Assembly (NCBI GenBank): GCA_003208875.1
Contig: QCUR01000002.1
Coordinates: forward strand, 96,001-160,000
DNA from: Prochlorococcus sp. AG-679-M23
GTDB lineage: Bacteria; Cyanobacteriota; Cyanobacteriia; PCC-6307; Cyanobiaceae
Direction: 5' to 3'
Length of the DNA: 64,000 nucleotides
The notes under the pieces were generated by a model. That model was not told where the DNA came from. It ran no database searches and saw only the letters and a list, made by a program, of their open reading frames with translations. Positions 34,106 to 44,977 of the stretch are shown piece after piece. Position 1 is the stretch's first letter; every line of letters starts with the position of its first letter. The position numbers were made by a program, and so were the translations under genes.

Positions 34106-35350
34106 TCAATCAAGTTTGCTAAATGCTAGACAAACGTTGTGACCACCAAAGCCGAATGAATTAGAAAGAGCAACTCTTATTTGAGCATCTCTAGCATTAT
34201 TTGGTACATAATCAAGATCACAATCTGGATCAGGATTGACGTAGTTTATTGTAGGAGGGACAAAATTATGTGTCAAAGAAAGAATACAAGCTACAGCTTC
34301 TATACCTCCTGAACCCCCTAAGAGATGACCAGTCATCGACTTAGTAGAGCTTACAGGAATGAGGTAAGATCTGTCTTTAAATATGGATTTAATTGCAGAA
34401 GTTTCATTTTTGTCATTTGCTGCAGTGCTAGTTCCATGAGCATTTATGTAATCAACCTGATCAAAGTTAATTGAACTATCATCAATGGCTAGCTTGATTG
34501 CTTCTGCACCTCCAGTTCCCCCTGGAGAAGGCGAAGTAATGTGATGAGCATCACAAGTTGACCCATAACCAATAATTTCAGCATAAATTTTTGCGCCTCT
34601 TTTTTTTGCACTTTCAAAAGTTTCTAGAACAAGTATCCCAGATCCTTCTCCAATGACAAATCCATCCCTCTCAGCATCAAAAGGTCTACTTGCAGTTTGA
34701 GGACTGTCATTTCTAAAAGAGAGTGCTTTAGCGCTTGCAAAACCTGCTACTCCAAGAGGAGTTATACTTGCTTCTGCTCCCCCGCAAATCATCGCATCTG
34801 CTTTCCCCAGCTGTAACAATCTAAAAGAGTCTCCAATAGCATTTGATCCAGCAGCACAGGCGGTAGACACAGCAGAGCTTGGACCTTTTGCTCCTAACGC
34901 AATAGCAGCAAGTCCTGTCGCCATATTGGGGATCATCATTGGAACTGTAAAGGGGCTTACTCTTTTTGGGCCTTTATGGCTCAATATTTGAGCTTGACTT
35001 TCCATTGTAAGTAAGCCTCCAACACCAGAGCCAATAATTACTCCAATTCTTGATTCATTGGCTTCATTTATTTCAAGTCCAGAATCATTGAAAGCTTGCT
35101 TTGCAGCTATTACTCCAAATTGTGAAAATCGATCCCATCTTTTAGATTCTTTAGGTTCAATAAAATTTTCAGATTGAAGATTTTTAACTTCTGCTGCAAA
35201 CTTGCAGGGATGTTGTTCAGGATTAAAGAGAGTAATATCTGAAACTCCATTTGACCCCTTTTGTAGGCCGAGTAAATATTCATCAATGTTGTTACCAATT
35301 GGAGTTACTGCCCCTATACCGGTAATAACTACTCGATGGAAATTTGGCAT
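34106..35350 (-). CDS. fabF: 3-oxoacyl-ACP synthase II
   Basis: TACAAG, NAHGTST, KSMTGHLLG, SNSFGFGGHN. Confidence 0.97.
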   Translation of the reverse strand: MPNFHRVVITGIGAVTPIGNNIDEYLLGLQKGSNGVSDITLFNPEQHPCKFAAEVKNLQSENFIEPKESKRWDRFSQFGVIAAKQAFNDSGLEINEANESRIGVIIGSGVGGLLTMESQAQILSHKGPKRVSPFTVPMMIPNMATGLAAIALGAKGPSSAVSTACAAGSNAIGDSFRLLQLGKADAMICGGAEASITPLGVAGFASAKALSFRNDSPQTASRPFDAERDGFVIGEGSGILVLETFESAKKRGAKIYAEIIGYGSTCDAHHITSPSPGGTGGAEAIKLAIDDSSINFDQVDYINAHGTSTAANDKNETSAIKSIFKDRSYLIPVSSTKSMTGHLLGGSGGIEAVACILSLTHNFVPPTINYVNPDPDCDLDYVPNNARDAQIRVALSNSFGFGGHNVCLAFSKLD

Positions 35351-35356
35351 CCTAAA

Positions 35357-35599
35357 TTAACCTTTTTTTTCTTCGATGAATTTAACAGCATCTCCTACTG
35401 TTGCGATACCTTCAGCGGCTTCATCAGGTATCTCGATATCAAATGCTTCTTCAAGTGCCATGACTAGCTCTACGGTGTCTAGGGAGTCTGCACCTAAATC
35501 ATTTTGAAAGTTTGAATCAGATTTTACTTCGGCTGATTCAACACTTAGTTGCTCAGAAACAATAGAGCAAACTTTTTGAAGGATTTCTTCTTGTGACAT
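35357..35599 (-). CDS. acpP: Acyl carrier protein
   Basis: [18 protein letters not shown]. Confidence 0.98.
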   Translation of the reverse strand: MSQEEILQKVCSIVSEQLSVESAEVKSDSNFQNDLGADSLDTVELVMALEEAFDIEIPDEAAEGIATVGDAVKFIEEKKG

Positions 35600-35679
35600 A
35601 GTTTATTGAATTTACTATTTATCTACTTGATTTTATGCCCTAGAGTTAACAAGAGTGAAGCATATCTTAATTTTTTTAA

Positions 35680-35979
<300 letters not shown>

Positions 35980-36060
35980 TTTTTATAGTGCAGTTGGAAG
36001 AGAGTCCATGTATTGTTAAATATTTAATTTTATTCAATATAATTGAAGAAAATTATTTAT

Positions 36061-37956
36061 ATGTGCGGAATTGTTGCTGTTACCGGTTATAAAAAAGCAT
36101 TACCATTACTTATTAATGGATTGGAAAAACTTGAATACAGAGGCTATGATTCAGCAGGTATTGCGATAATTAACTCTGAAACAAAGAATGTCTCATGTAA
36201 TAAAGCGGAAGGAAAACTTAAAAATTTAAAAAATAACTTAAAAAATATCGAAATACCTGGAACTGTGGGAATAGGTCATACACGTTGGGCCACTCACGGA
36301 AAACCAGAAGTTAAAAATGCACATCCCCATATTGATAGTTCAGGAGAGGTTGCAGTTGTCCAAAATGGGATTATTGAAAATTATCAGGAATTAAAAATTA
36401 AATTACAAAAAGAAGGAGTTGTGTTTAATTCTGATACTGATACAGAAGTCATACCACACTTAATACAAAAAGAATTATTAGCTTTAAGTCAATTAAAGCT
36501 TGAAAGTAATGGTTCAACTTTATTAGTAGCAGTAAGAAACGTAATCTCTGATTTAGAAGGATCATATGCATTAGCAGTATTATGGTCTGGTGCTCCTGAA
36601 GCATTAGTTGTTGCGAGGAAGCAGGCACCTTTAATAATTGGATTAGGGGAAGGAGAATTTATTTGTGCAAGTGATACGCCAGCAATAGCAAATTTTACAA
36701 AAATTATTTTACCTTTGGAGGATGAGGAAATAGCTCTTTTAACTCCTTTAGGAATAGAAATTTATGATTCTAATAACGAGAGACAATATCGAAATCCAAT
36801 TTCTTTACAAACTGCAGACCAAGAAAGTGATAAAAAGAATTTTAAACACTACATGTTAAAGGAAATTTATGATCAGCCTGATATTGCTAAATATTGGCTA
36901 GAAAAATATTTAATTAAAGATTTAAAGACTGATCAATTTCAAATTAATTACTCTTTTGATACAGATTTTTTAAACTCTATTGAAAGAATAGATATTGTTG
37001 CTTGTGGTACGAGTAAGCATTCTTCAATGGTGGGTAAATTTTTATTAGAACAATTCTCAGGTATACCAACAAATGTTTTTTTTGCTAGTGAGTTTAGATA
37101 CTCCCCACCACCATTACTTCCTAATACCTTAACAATTGGAGTGACTCAGTCAGGAGAAACTGCAGATACTATTGCGGCTATAAGTATGGAGATTAAGAGG
37201 AGATCTTCAATAGCGGATAGAAACTTTAAACCAAATTTAATTGCTATTACGAACAGAGTGGAAAGCTCAATTGGTAGACAAATACCAAATATTATTAATA
37301 TTAGTGCTGGAATTGAAATTGGTGTTGCTGCTACAAAAACTTTCTTTGCGCAACTTCTTTCTTTTTATGGATTAGCTATAAAATTTGCTCAAATTAAAGG
37401 AAGTCAAAGTAATGAAAATATTAATCAATTAGTTTCAGAATTAACTAAATTACCTTTATTAGTGGAAGAACTTTTAGAAAAACATAATGAATCTTCTGAA
37501 AAACTTGCACATGATTTTTTTAATATTAAAGATGTTATTTTTTTAGGAAGAGGAATAAATTATCCCATTGCTCTCGAGGGAGCTCTGAAGTTGAAGGAAA
37601 TTAGTTATATTCACGCTGCAGGTTATCCTGCTGGGGAAATGAAGCATGGGCCAATAGCTTTACTAGACAAAAAAGTACCTGTAATTTCAATAGCTACCCC
37701 AGGGCAAGTCTTTGATAAGGTAATTAGTAATGCTCAAGAAGCAAAAGCGAGAGATGCTTATTTAATTGGTGTTGCCCCTCAATGTAATGGGACTGAAATA
37801 TTTGATTATTTAATGACCATACCTTCAACCAATGAATGGATTTCACCTCTGCTTGCAATTATTCCTCTTCAATTATTGAGTTATCATATTGCTGCTCATA
37901 GAGGACTTGATGTTGATCAACCAAGGAATCTTGCTAAAAGCGTAACAGTAGAGTAA
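36061..37956 (+). CDS. glmS: Glutamine-fructose-6-phosphate aminotransferase
   Basis: Start set at MCGIV (catalytic N-terminal Cys); GHTRWATHG, PRNLAKSVTVE. Confidence 0.98.
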   Translation: MCGIVAVTGYKKALPLLINGLEKLEYRGYDSAGIAIINSETKNVSCNKAEGKLKNLKNNLKNIEIPGTVGIGHTRWATHGKPEVKNAHPHIDSSGEVAVVQNGIIENYQELKIKLQKEGVVFNSDTDTEVIPHLIQKELLALSQLKLESNGSTLLVAVRNVISDLEGSYALAVLWSGAPEALVVARKQAPLIIGLGEGEFICASDTPAIANFTKIILPLEDEEIALLTPLGIEIYDSNNERQYRNPISLQTADQESDKKNFKHYMLKEIYDQPDIAKYWLEKYLIKDLKTDQFQINYSFDTDFLNSIERIDIVACGTSKHSSMVGKFLLEQFSGIPTNVFFASEFRYSPPPLLPNTLTIGVTQSGETADTIAAISMEIKRRSSIADRNFKPNLIAITNRVESSIGRQIPNIINISAGIEIGVAATKTFFAQLLSFYGLAIKFAQIKGSQSNENINQLVSELTKLPLLVEELLEKHNESSEKLAHDFFNIKDVIFLGRGINYPIALEGALKLKEISYIHAAGYPAGEMKHGPIALLDKKVPVISIATPGQVFDKVISNAQEAKARDAYLIGVAPQCNGTEIFDYLMTIPSTNEWISPLLAIIPLQLLSYHIAAHRGLDVDQPRNLAKSVTVE

Positions 37957-37975
37957 ACATTTAAAAAAGGGAAAT

Positions 37976-38515
37976 TCACAATTCTAACAGACCTGAAGGA
38001 GGAGTAATTAATATAAAATTTTTTTTAATATCTACTACTGGAACTATTTCTTTAACAAAGGGTATAAGAACCTCTTTATTATTTTTCAAAAGTTGAATTA
38101 CAAGTAAATTATTTTTCTCGTTAGATAAGTTAATAACTTTTCCAATTATGTGAAATTGGTTATTTTCTAAAATTTTGACATTTAAATTAATTAGTTCGGT
38201 TAAGTGATATTCTCCATGACTTAATTTTGGAATTGCATCAACTTTCACGAGGATTTTTTGTCCCTTTAATTTTTCTGCTTGAGTTCTATTATTTATCCCT
38301 TTAAATGTAATTATGAATGATTCTTTACCGGGTTTTTTAAAACCATGCGTAAGCTCGAGTTCTATAGGAGTCTCTTTGCCTTTTTGTATCCATCTTTTAC
38401 CAGGCTCTGTAAATCTTTCTTCAAAATCACTTAGAGACTTAATCTTGATTTTTCCATTAATGCCTTGAGGAGATGTTATTAAGCCAACAATTAACCACTC
38501 ATCATGATTTATCAT
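37976..38515 (-). CDS. rimM: Ribosome maturation factor RimM
   Basis: [27 protein letters not shown]. Confidence 0.93.
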   Translation of the reverse strand: MINHDEWLIVGLITSPQGINGKIKIKSLSDFEERFTEPGKRWIQKGKETPIELELTHGFKKPGKESFIITFKGINNRTQAEKLKGQKILVKVDAIPKLSHGEYHLTELINLNVKILENNQFHIIGKVINLSNEKNNLLVIQLLKNNKEVLIPFVKEIVPVVDIKKNFILITPPSGLLEL

Positions 38516-38537
38516 AGTTTATATGTAAATTATTTCT

Positions 38538-38723
38538 ATGGAATTTTCCAATAAACCAATACTCCCCGGTTCTATAGTAGTCGTTAAAGACGTTAATTCT
38601 ATTTATAGAGGTTATAAAGGATTTGTACAAAGAGTAACTAATAAAACGGCAGCTGTTCTTTTTGAGGGAGGCAATTGGGATAAGTTAGTAACATTTCAAT
38701 TAAATAATTTGGAAATTGTTTGA
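38538..38723 (+). CDS. ndhS: NDH-1 subunit S
   Basis: ILPGS.V...SIYRGYKGFVQRV...AVLFEGGNWDKLVTF. Confidence 0.93.
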   Translation: MEFSNKPILPGSIVVVKDVNSIYRGYKGFVQRVTNKTAAVLFEGGNWDKLVTFQLNNLEIV

Positions 38724-39476
38724 ATAATTAATTTTTTTTTTCTGATAAATCTTTTGTATTAGAATACTTGCAGCATTTTTTTCAGCTTTTTTATGAGAAT
38801 GCCCAAAGCTGAAAGCTTTTATAGATCCATTTATGTATATTTCACAAGAGAATCTTTTCGGGTCTCCGTGGTTTTTTGATACTTCATATATTTTATAAAC
38901 AGGTAAATTAAATCCTTGGCTTTGACACCATTCTTGTAAAGCTGACTTAGCATTATATTTATGTGGTGCTTGCAAATATAATTCGGCATCTTTTTTCCAA
39001 AAATTATCTAACCATATATTGACTTCATTTATTGAATTAAAACACTTATATATTGCGCCTATTAATGCTTCACTAGTTTCAGCAATTATGGTATCTTTTG
39101 AATTCTCATCACCCATTGCTTTTGGTCCTTTTATTATTACTTTTTCTATAAATATTTTTTTACCTAATTCAGTTAACCATTCATCACTTACTATTTGAGA
39201 TCTTAGTTCTGATCTATTACCTACACTCATACTTTTATATGTTCTCTCTATAAAATCAGATGCTGATAATCTGAGAACAGCATCCCCAAAGAATTCTAAT
39301 TTTTCATAATTAACTTTATTGTTTGCGGAGGAATGTGTTAATGCTTCATTGAAAGTATGAAGTATTAATTTATCTTTTTGGTTGATAATTTTGATAAATC
39401 TTTTTGAGTTTATGTCAAGCGAATTTAAAAACTTAATAATTTGTTCAAGTCTTTTGTCATCAATTAAGGTGTCCAT
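38700..39476 (-). CDS. rnc: Ribonuclease III
   Basis: ALTHSS, YEKLEFFGDAVL signature, dsRBD KSALQEWCQ. Confidence 0.96.
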   Translation of the reverse strand: MDTLIDDKRLEQIIKFLNSLDINSKRFIKIINQKDKLILHTFNEALTHSSANNKVNYEKLEFFGDAVLRLSASDFIERTYKSMSVGNRSELRSQIVSDEWLTELGKKIFIEKVIIKGPKAMGDENSKDTIIAETSEALIGAIYKCFNSINEVNIWLDNFWKKDAELYLQAPHKYNAKSALQEWCQSQGFNLPVYKIYEVSKNHGDPKRFSCEIYINGSIKAFSFGHSHKKAEKNAASILIQKIYQKKKINYSNNFQII

Positions 39477-39500
39477 ATAAATTAAGTGTTTTCATTAAGT

Positions 39501-39875
39501 AGAAAGCAGGTCATAAGCCGGGTTCTGTTCATCTTAATAAGATGGGCAATCATCTATCTAGGACTGGAATTACTTCACAGCCTCAAGCGGCGCTTAAAAG
39601 TAGATTTTTTAATGGTCATAAATCTACTTAGCCTTGCACCCAGCCGGGGTTTACCTAGCCAACACTTCTCAATGTTGCTGGTGCGCTCTTACCGCACCCT
39701 TGCACCCTTGCCATACATGAAGTATTAGGCGGTATGTTTCTGTGGCACTATCCTCACGGTTACCCGCACTGGGAATTACCCAGCAAGCCTGACCATATGG
39801 GAGCCCGGACTTTCCTCAAAAAGATTTATTTTCAAAACAAAATAAAACATTTTTGCGATTGCCTCTCCTGCTTTC
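39501..39875 (-). ncRNA. rnpB: RNase P RNA (bacterial type A)
   Basis: Minus strand has GAGGAAAGTCCGGGCTC, AGTGCCACAGAAA, GGTAAACCCC, ACAGAACCCGGCTTAT; ends GAAAGCAGG / CCTGCTTTC form P1. Confidence 0.97.
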
Positions 39876-39913
39876 ATTTAGCATAATGCTTATTAACCCA
39901 AAAAACATCCCTT

Positions 39914-39987
<74 letters not shown>

Positions 39988-40066
39988 TTTCAGTTGATAA
40001 ACTATATGTAGTATGCGTGCATATTTACCACTCTCTAGCTAGCGTGTAATTAGTAATTAAGCTTTT

Positions 40067-40399
40067 ATGGCTAAGCTGCACGATATGCGTTTAAAACTCT
40101 TAATTCAGCAAGAGCATGAGCGTATTTCTAAATCTCAACCTAATGATCTAGATCTGTCAATAGTTCAAGCAAGATGCCTTTGTTGGCTTTCTTTATTAGC
40201 AGAAGCTCATGAAGACCAAGCAAATGATGCCGAAAAGAGAGGAGATGCTGAACAAGCAATGGGATGGTTTGCAGACTCAATGAGATTAAGAGATGTTATT
40301 AATTTGGTGACTAGTATTGAAATTCCTTTGCCTGATAGTCCAGACTCTCTCGATGAAAATGATGAATTATTTGATGGGCCTACAATTGTGCCTAAATAA
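40067..40399 (+). CDS. Hypothetical protein (helical)
   Basis: 110-aa ATG ORF with plausible codon usage; no recognised motif. Confidence 0.8.
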   Translation: MAKLHDMRLKLLIQQEHERISKSQPNDLDLSIVQARCLCWLSLLAEAHEDQANDAEKRGDAEQAMGWFADSMRLRDVINLVTSIEIPLPDSPDSLDENDELFDGPTIVPK

Positions 40400-40435
40400 T
40401 GCAATGTTATGAATTAGCGTTATTTATTCTTTTGA

Positions 40436-40825
40436 AAGAAGAACTATGTCAATGCCCTGTTTTCAGCAATTTTATAAAGAGCATGAGCGTTTGATTCGAG
40501 AATTTCCTAATTTCAAATAACAACAGGAATTAAACTGAGCTTCTATGAAAATCTTTTAGAACTTATTGCAGCAAAGCAACAGAAGTATTACATAATCAAT
40601 TATCTGATAAATATTTTAACAAAAAATTTGTTGCAAAATAATAAACATATTTTTGATATAGAAATTACAGATGCTATGGAAGAACTTGAAAATGTAAATG
40701 CTTATTTATACTCTATTGAAGCTTTAATGGAGAAGATTTTTGATATTAAAGTTGCTAAAAATGTGGAAGTAGAATTTAAAAAAATTTCAAAAAAATTAAC
40801 TCCTTATCCACTAAATATTGAATAG
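40436..40825 (+). pseudogene. Probable degraded gene; only the C-terminal part (40628-40825) is intact
   Basis: Protein-like blocks chain across three +1 shifts at homopolymers and two in-frame stops (TAA 40518, TGA 40536); manual reconstruction. Confidence 0.5.
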
Positions 40826-40867
40826 ATTATTTCATTAAAAAACAAGATTTACCTGATAATAATAACT

Positions 40868-43414
40868 TTAAGTAGTTACTTCTTCAATATCACATGTAAT
40901 TTCAACTGGCATAGGTGAAACTTTCCAAATCGATTCGCAATATTCTCTTATAGATCTGTCTGAAGAAAAATATCCTGATCTTGCAGTATTTAAAAGAGCC
41001 ATTTTATTCCATGCTTTTTTATTATTCCAGAAGTTACTAACTTCATCTTGTTTGTTTAAATAGTCTTCGAAATCAGCCATTACGAAAAATGGATCATTTC
41101 CAGTCAAACTATTTAATAGAGGTTTGAATAATTCTTTATCTCCATTACTAAAATGGCCAATTTCGATTAAACGAATTACTTCTTTTAACTCAGGACATTT
41201 CTCAATGAAAGTCTTAGGAGAATAACTATTATTTTTTAAATGCATTATTTCACTTTCAGTCTTTCCGAAAAGGAAGAAATTTTCTTTTTTAACAAGATCT
41301 CTTAACTCTACATTTGCTCCGTCAAGAGTTCCTATAGTTAAAGCTCCATTCATTGCGAATTTCATATTTCCTGTTCCTGATGCTTCTTTACCAGCAGTTG
41401 AAATTTGCTCAGAAAGGTCTGTTGCTGGATAAACTATTTCCCCAAGTTTGACATTATAGTCAGGTAAGAAAACTACTCTTAAAAGTCCTTCCATATCAGG
41501 ATCTGAATTAACTACATCAGCGATCCCGTTAATAAATCTAATAATTAATTTAGCCATAAAGTAACCTGGAGCAGCCTTCCCTCCGAAAATAACTGTCCTC
41601 GGGGCTTTATAGTTACTTGTCCCATTTTTAATTCTTAAATACTGAGCAATAATTTGCAGAGCGTTTAAATGTTGTCTTTTATATTGATGGATTCTTTTAA
41701 CTTGGACGTCAAAAAGACTTGATGGATCAACAAGTATTCCTGTTTTTGTATGAATAAAACTTGCCAGCTTTCGTTTTCCAAGCAATTTAGTTTCCTCAAA
41801 TTCTTGAAGAAAATTTGCATCATCTTTTTTCTTTTCTAATTTTTTAAGTAGTTCCATATTCGTAATCCAATCTGGACCAACTTCTTTTTCTAACAAATTA
41901 GATAAAGATGGATTTGCTAATGCAACCCATCTTCTAGGAGTTACTCCATTAGTTACATTAGTAAATTTTTCAGGCCATAGTTCTGCAAACTCTGGGAGAA
42001 GTTGTCTTTTTATTAGGTCAGAGTGAAGTGCAGCAACACCATTAATGTGATGAGCTCCGATAGTAGCTAAATGAGCCATTCTCACTGACTTGGAACCTTC
42101 TTCATCAATAATAGAAAGTTTTTGTAGAATCTTGTCATCACCTGGGTAACGAAGTCTTAATTGTTGTAAAAACCTCCAATTTATTTCGTAAATAATTTCT
42201 AAATGACGGGGAAGTAAATCACTAAAAAGACTTAAATCCCATTTCTCCAATGCTTCAGGAAGCAATGTGTGGTTTGTATATGCTACTGATGAGGTAGTTA
42301 TATTCCATGCTTTGTCCCAACCTATTTGATACTGATCAATTAATAGACGCATTAGCTCCGCAACTGCAATTGCTGGATGAGTATCATTTAATTGAACAGT
42401 CCAATGTTTGGCAAATTCTGTTACTTTGATGGATCTTTTTTCAAGACTTCTCAACATATCTTGGAGAGAACAACTAACAAAGAAGTGTTGTTGTTTGAGC
42501 CTTAATCTTCTCCCTTCATCAGTTCCATCATTTGGATAAAGAACTTTAGATAGAGTTTCAGAAGCAACTTTTTCTTCTACCGCACCATAATAATCACCGA
42601 TATTGAAAGCATAAAAATCAAAACTTTCTGTTGCATCAGCTCTCCATAATCTTAATCTGTCACATGTATTTACTCTGTAGCCTAATACTGGTACATCATG
42701 AGGAACACCGATTGCATGTTCAGAGGGCACCCATCTTGATCGATATTTACCTTTATCGTCTCTATAGCTTTCAGTTCGCCCCCCAAAACCAACAAAACAT
42801 GATTCATCAGGTTGAGGCAGTTCCCATGGCCAACCCCCTTTAAGCCATTTGTCCGTAACCTCAACTTGCCAACCATCTCGTATTAATTGGTTAAATATTC
42901 CGAATTCATATCTAATACCATAACCAACTGCAGGAACTTGTAACGAAGCTAAAGACTCCATATAACAAGCTGCAAGTCTTCCAAGACCACCATTGCCTAG
43001 GCCTGGCTCTTCTTCGACTTCAAGAATTGTTGAAAGTGATTCTATCCCAAACCTTTTTAATGCATCTTCTGCTTCTTGTGTTATGCCAAGATTTAATAAA
43101 TTATTACTTAATTGTGGACCGATTAAAAATTCTGCTGATAAGTAGGCAACTGTTTTTTGAGGCTTTTTTCTTATTACTTCTTGACTGGCTAAATATCTTG
43201 TCATTAATCTATCCTTAACTGCGTAACTCAGAGCCATATATAAGTCATGAGGACTAGCGGAAGTTGCTAATTTGCCAAGGGTAAAGAATAAGTGCTCTGT
43301 CATTCCCTTGAAGAGCGCATCGGAATCCATGCCAGCTTTCTCAGGATCTAGATAGCAACCTGGAGTAGGCAAGCGTAGATCAAAGGGTTCGTTGGAGTTC
43401 ATTAGATTTGACAT
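40868..43414 (-). CDS. glgP: Glycogen/alpha-glucan phosphorylase
   Basis: GLGNGGLGRLAAC, QLNDTHP, EASGTGNMKF PLP-lysine motif. Confidence 0.98.
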   Translation of the reverse strand: MSNLMNSNEPFDLRLPTPGCYLDPEKAGMDSDALFKGMTEHLFFTLGKLATSASPHDLYMALSYAVKDRLMTRYLASQEVIRKKPQKTVAYLSAEFLIGPQLSNNLLNLGITQEAEDALKRFGIESLSTILEVEEEPGLGNGGLGRLAACYMESLASLQVPAVGYGIRYEFGIFNQLIRDGWQVEVTDKWLKGGWPWELPQPDESCFVGFGGRTESYRDDKGKYRSRWVPSEHAIGVPHDVPVLGYRVNTCDRLRLWRADATESFDFYAFNIGDYYGAVEEKVASETLSKVLYPNDGTDEGRRLRLKQQHFFVSCSLQDMLRSLEKRSIKVTEFAKHWTVQLNDTHPAIAVAELMRLLIDQYQIGWDKAWNITTSSVAYTNHTLLPEALEKWDLSLFSDLLPRHLEIIYEINWRFLQQLRLRYPGDDKILQKLSIIDEEGSKSVRMAHLATIGAHHINGVAALHSDLIKRQLLPEFAELWPEKFTNVTNGVTPRRWVALANPSLSNLLEKEVGPDWITNMELLKKLEKKKDDANFLQEFEETKLLGKRKLASFIHTKTGILVDPSSLFDVQVKRIHQYKRQHLNALQIIAQYLRIKNGTSNYKAPRTVIFGGKAAPGYFMAKLIIRFINGIADVVNSDPDMEGLLRVVFLPDYNVKLGEIVYPATDLSEQISTAGKEASGTGNMKFAMNGALTIGTLDGANVELRDLVKKENFFLFGKTESEIMHLKNNSYSPKTFIEKCPELKEVIRLIEIGHFSNGDKELFKPLLNSLTGNDPFFVMADFEDYLNKQDEVSNFWNNKKAWNKMALLNTARSGYFSSDRSIREYCESIWKVSPMPVEITCDIEEVTT

Positions 43415-43567
43415 ATAACAGACGTTAGCCAGTTTTTTTATAAATTCTTTGTTGTAACTTCAGATCCACACTTGTTGAGTATTTTTGCTTTTTTTTACAT
43501 ACTTGGTAAAGTGGGCCCTCCATAAACTATCTTCCAATTAGTTAGTTTAATTTTTCTCGCATTTAAA

Positions 43568-44935
43568 ATGTATTCTTTACTTGCTGAATTAAGTGCACAT
43601 GATTTAGAAGTTGCTGAGACACTCATCGGAGTAATTAGATTTCTATTGATTTTTTTAGCTGCCAGAGCATTAGCGGAAGTATTAGTCAGACTAAGTTTAC
43701 CTACTATTGTCGGCGAGCTTTTAGCTGGGGTTGTTATAGGAGCATCTGGTTTCCATTTATTAATACCACCCTCTGCTCATACTGAATTAAATCAAGGATT
43801 GGTGAACGTAATAAGTTCGTTGGCATCAATACCCCCAGAAGTTGTTCCTGACGTCTATTTTGAGAGTTTCCCTTCTCTTCAAGCTGTTGCAACACTTGGA
43901 TTATATGCGCTTCTTTTCTTAACAGGATTAGAAAGTGAATTAGAGGAATTAGTTGCAGTTGGTGCGCAAGCTTTTACAGTTGCTATGGCAGGGGTAATTC
44001 TGCCTTTTGCTTTTGGTACTTTTGGATTAATGTTTATTTTCCAGGTGGATCTTATTCCAGCAGTATTTGCAGGAGCATCAATGACCGCTACAAGTATAGG
44101 TATTACAGCAAGTGTTTTTGGTGAATTAGGATATTTGAAAACTAGGGAAGGTCAAATTGTTATTGGAGCAGCAGTTTTAGATGATATTTTAGGCATTGTT
44201 ATTCTTGCGGTAGTTGTAGCTCTTGCTGCTGGAGGCTCTTTAGAAATTGCTCCAATAGTTAAATTAGTTGCAGCAGCTGTTGTATTTGTAATTGCTGCTA
44301 TTGCATTAAGTCGTACTGCAGCTCCTGGTTTTGATTGGCTTCTTGATAGGTTGAAAGCACCTGGAGCTGTAGTTGTAGCCTCTTTTGTAATACTTGTTTT
44401 ATGTTGTTTTGTAGCTACGGCGATAGGTCTTGAAGCGGCTTTAGGGGCTTTTGCAGCTGGTTTGATTCTTAGTAGTTCTAAAAATAATCATGCTATCCAG
44501 CAATCAGTTTTGCCATTGGTCTCATTATTCGCGACCATCTTTTTCGTCCTTGTAGGTGCTGGTATGGATTTATCAGTTATTAATCCACTTGATCCAGCAA
44601 GTAGATCTGCTCTTGTAGTCGCAGGGTTCTTATTGGTTGTAGCTATTATTGGAAAAATTGCTGCTGGTTGGGTTTTCTCAAGTGATAAGCCGACAAATAG
44701 ATTAGTTGTAGGTTTAGGAATGATGCCTAGAGGAGAAGTGGGATTAATTTTTCTTGGATTAGGAACAAGCGCTAAACTTTTAACACCATCCCTTGAGGCT
44801 GCAATTTTATTAATGGTCATTGGAACGACATTCTTAGCTCCTGTTCTTTTAAGAATTGTTTTGAAAGATAAGCCTCCAGGTGGTGATAATAAAATTTCAG
44901 ATGATGTTGCGGCTGATCCAGTAGGTCTTCTTTAA
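43568..44935 (+). CDS. CPA2 Na+/H+ antiporter (NhaS3-like)
   Basis: GELLAGVVIG, ATSIGIT, AAVLDDILG, GMMPRGEVGL. Confidence 0.92.
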   Translation: MYSLLAELSAHDLEVAETLIGVIRFLLIFLAARALAEVLVRLSLPTIVGELLAGVVIGASGFHLLIPPSAHTELNQGLVNVISSLASIPPEVVPDVYFESFPSLQAVATLGLYALLFLTGLESELEELVAVGAQAFTVAMAGVILPFAFGTFGLMFIFQVDLIPAVFAGASMTATSIGITASVFGELGYLKTREGQIVIGAAVLDDILGIVILAVVVALAAGGSLEIAPIVKLVAAAVVFVIAAIALSRTAAPGFDWLLDRLKAPGAVVVASFVILVLCCFVATAIGLEAALGAFAAGLILSSSKNNHAIQQSVLPLVSLFATIFFVLVGAGMDLSVINPLDPASRSALVVAGFLLVVAIIGKIAAGWVFSSDKPTNRLVVGLGMMPRGEVGLIFLGLGTSAKLLTPSLEAAILLMVIGTTFLAPVLLRIVLKDKPPGGDNKISDDVAADPVGLL

Positions 44936-44977
44936 CGAATAATTTTATTAGAATCAATAAATATAATTGTTTATTAA

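Noticed and set aside
39486..39728. 80-aa ORF on +
   Set aside because: Antisense to RNase P RNA
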